Assembly (NCBI GenBank): GCA_973895155.1
Contig: OZ316893.1
Coordinates: forward strand, 12,292,359-12,356,358
Source of the DNA: Marsupella aquatica
Lineage: Eukaryota > Plantae > Marchantiophyta
DNA length: 64,000 bases
Reading direction: 5' to 3'
The translations under genes and the position numbers were made by a program. Shown here piece after piece: positions 62,567-64,000 of this stretch (positions are counted from its first letter, which is position 1; every line of letters starts with the position of its first letter). The notes beneath the pieces were generated by a model. It ran no database searches. It saw nothing but the letters and a program-made list of their open reading frames with translations, and was not told the origin of the DNA.

Positions 62567-63756
62567 CTTAGTGATATAAAAGAATAGTCAGGTTTATTGT
62601 GGTGTGAAAAATGCGGACAACCTTTGGACACTTGCCATGCTTTTGCTTTTTGATGTGCAATTGCACCCAGGAGTTGTTTCCCTCTTTCCAGGGCCCATGA
62701 GCATAGCATAATGACGCTCAGTGCACAGGGTTACTAGGTTGTAATCCTGTGACCAAAATGTGAAGAAAAAAAAGCTGAGGGGAGGTAGCCAGAAAACTTT
62801 TCTAAGAATTCTGGGAGCAGCTCTTTTAACCCCAACCCAGACAGTAAGTATGGTATGTAAATTCAGTGGACTAGAGCCCAGCCAAGAATGTCATTATAGT
62901 AAGTAATGAACCCAGACTGTCACTATCTTGCTTCTAAAATGCCAATTACAAGCTAGAGTTGGGGTCTAAGCTTCTAGAGTGAAGCTTCTAGCCTGTAACT
63001 CCATGGCTTATCATGTGGATGTGAAAAACTCATGACATGATGTCTGTCAAATGATAGCATGTATGTATGCTTTTCGTTATGATTTCTATTTACATTAAAA
63101 AATGATTACATGCATGATAATTTTTTCTATCAATTTCATTAACATTCATAAAATGTGAATAAATAATATATTTTGGTTCCATTTTTATTTTACTGTTTCA
63201 AAAACAAGTAATAGGAGCTAGTAGTATGGAAATTCAGTGGACTAGAACACAGCCCAGAATGTCATTATAGTAAGTAATTTTCAGTACGGAAAAACATTAA
63301 CTATCATGAGGTTCCATAAATGATGTAAATAAGAGGGACCTCCAAAAATGGTTACACTCCCGGATAAACCTTACCTTGTTGCTTACGGAATTTTATTCTT
63401 TGCTTGGACTTCCTCAACCACTTCGAAGACCCTCAGAGAAGACGTCAGCAGTGAGCACACAACTGTTGTAAGCGAACCTTCCCTGGCTCTGGAAACCCAG
63501 CTCGAAGGCCCCCACGACCTCATCTGTAAGTGGGGTCCTTCCCAATCAGATACCCAATTCATCACTGCACACTGCTCACATGTGAAGCAGTCAAGGAGGA
63601 CCCATAGTCCCTGAATTGTGCATTCACCGGGTTCTATATACAAAGGAGGGGAAGGACATAATTGTTGTGGGGAATTGGCAGCTCAGACGCATCAGAGCGA
63701 AGAAGAGAGCAAAGCTAGATTGCAAATTCACTCCAGCGAAGTACAGAGTCCCCACG

Positions 63757-63759
<3 letters not shown>

Positions 63760-63805
<46 letters not shown>
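63760..63805. repeat. (GA)n microsatellite in a probable 5'UTR, directly before an ATG
   Basis: Pure GA run. A TATA-like CTATATACAAA lies at about 63634. Confidence 0.95.
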
Positions 63806-63810
<5 letters not shown>

Positions 63811-63953
63811 GAGTAGTGGTCCGGTTCGCCATACAGTGGTACTCAAGCTGATCAACAAGGAAGATACAAAGAAAGTCGCTGACAGCCTGAAGGCAATGGC
63901 GAACGGACTTCCTGGCGTGAAGTGGACGAGCTTCAACGTCGTCACCGATCTCG
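63806..63953 (+). CDS. First exon of a probable stress-responsive A/B barrel (Dabb) protein; the gene continues beyond the window
   Basis: MASSGPVRHTVVLKLINKEDTKKVADSLKAMANGLPGVKWTSFNVVTDLG fits the Dabb pattern VRHxVxxK...L.A....LPG...DLG. Candidate splice donor G|GTCTGC. Confidence 0.65.
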
Positions 63954-64000
63954 GTCTGCTTACCGTCCCGGGCTCTCCGTCTCTCTGTGTCGTTGTGGGA

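Overview
Eukaryotic genomic DNA with spliceosomal introns and plant-type genes and TEs; most likely a non-seed land plant (inference). Host genes: a 23-exon INO80 chromatin remodeller (+, 2509-14658, one GC-AG intron), a convergent 7-exon ankyrin/NFKBIL1-like gene (-, 17409-20138), a 53-aa Cys-rich CADMIUM TOLERANT 1-like gene missed by the ORF track (-, 32985-33350), an intronless F-box gene, an intronless MetAP2 with altered pocket residues, and the first exon of a Dabb-like gene at the right edge. The intergenic space is TE-rich. It holds two diverged, head-to-head, decayed Crypton-like (DUF3504-type) tyrosine-recombinase elements with matching TTAAGG outer ends (about 23.3-28.4 kb). It also holds a very young Ty1/copia element whose gag and pol are split by one in-frame TGA, nested in a solo LTR of its own family, plus a restriction-like-endonuclease LINE fragment, a tRNA-derived SINE, Helitron-like remnants, MITEs and local tandem duplications. 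The Crypton-like pair and the copia gag-TGA-pol junction are the most unusual features. All calls come from manual reading; no searches were run.
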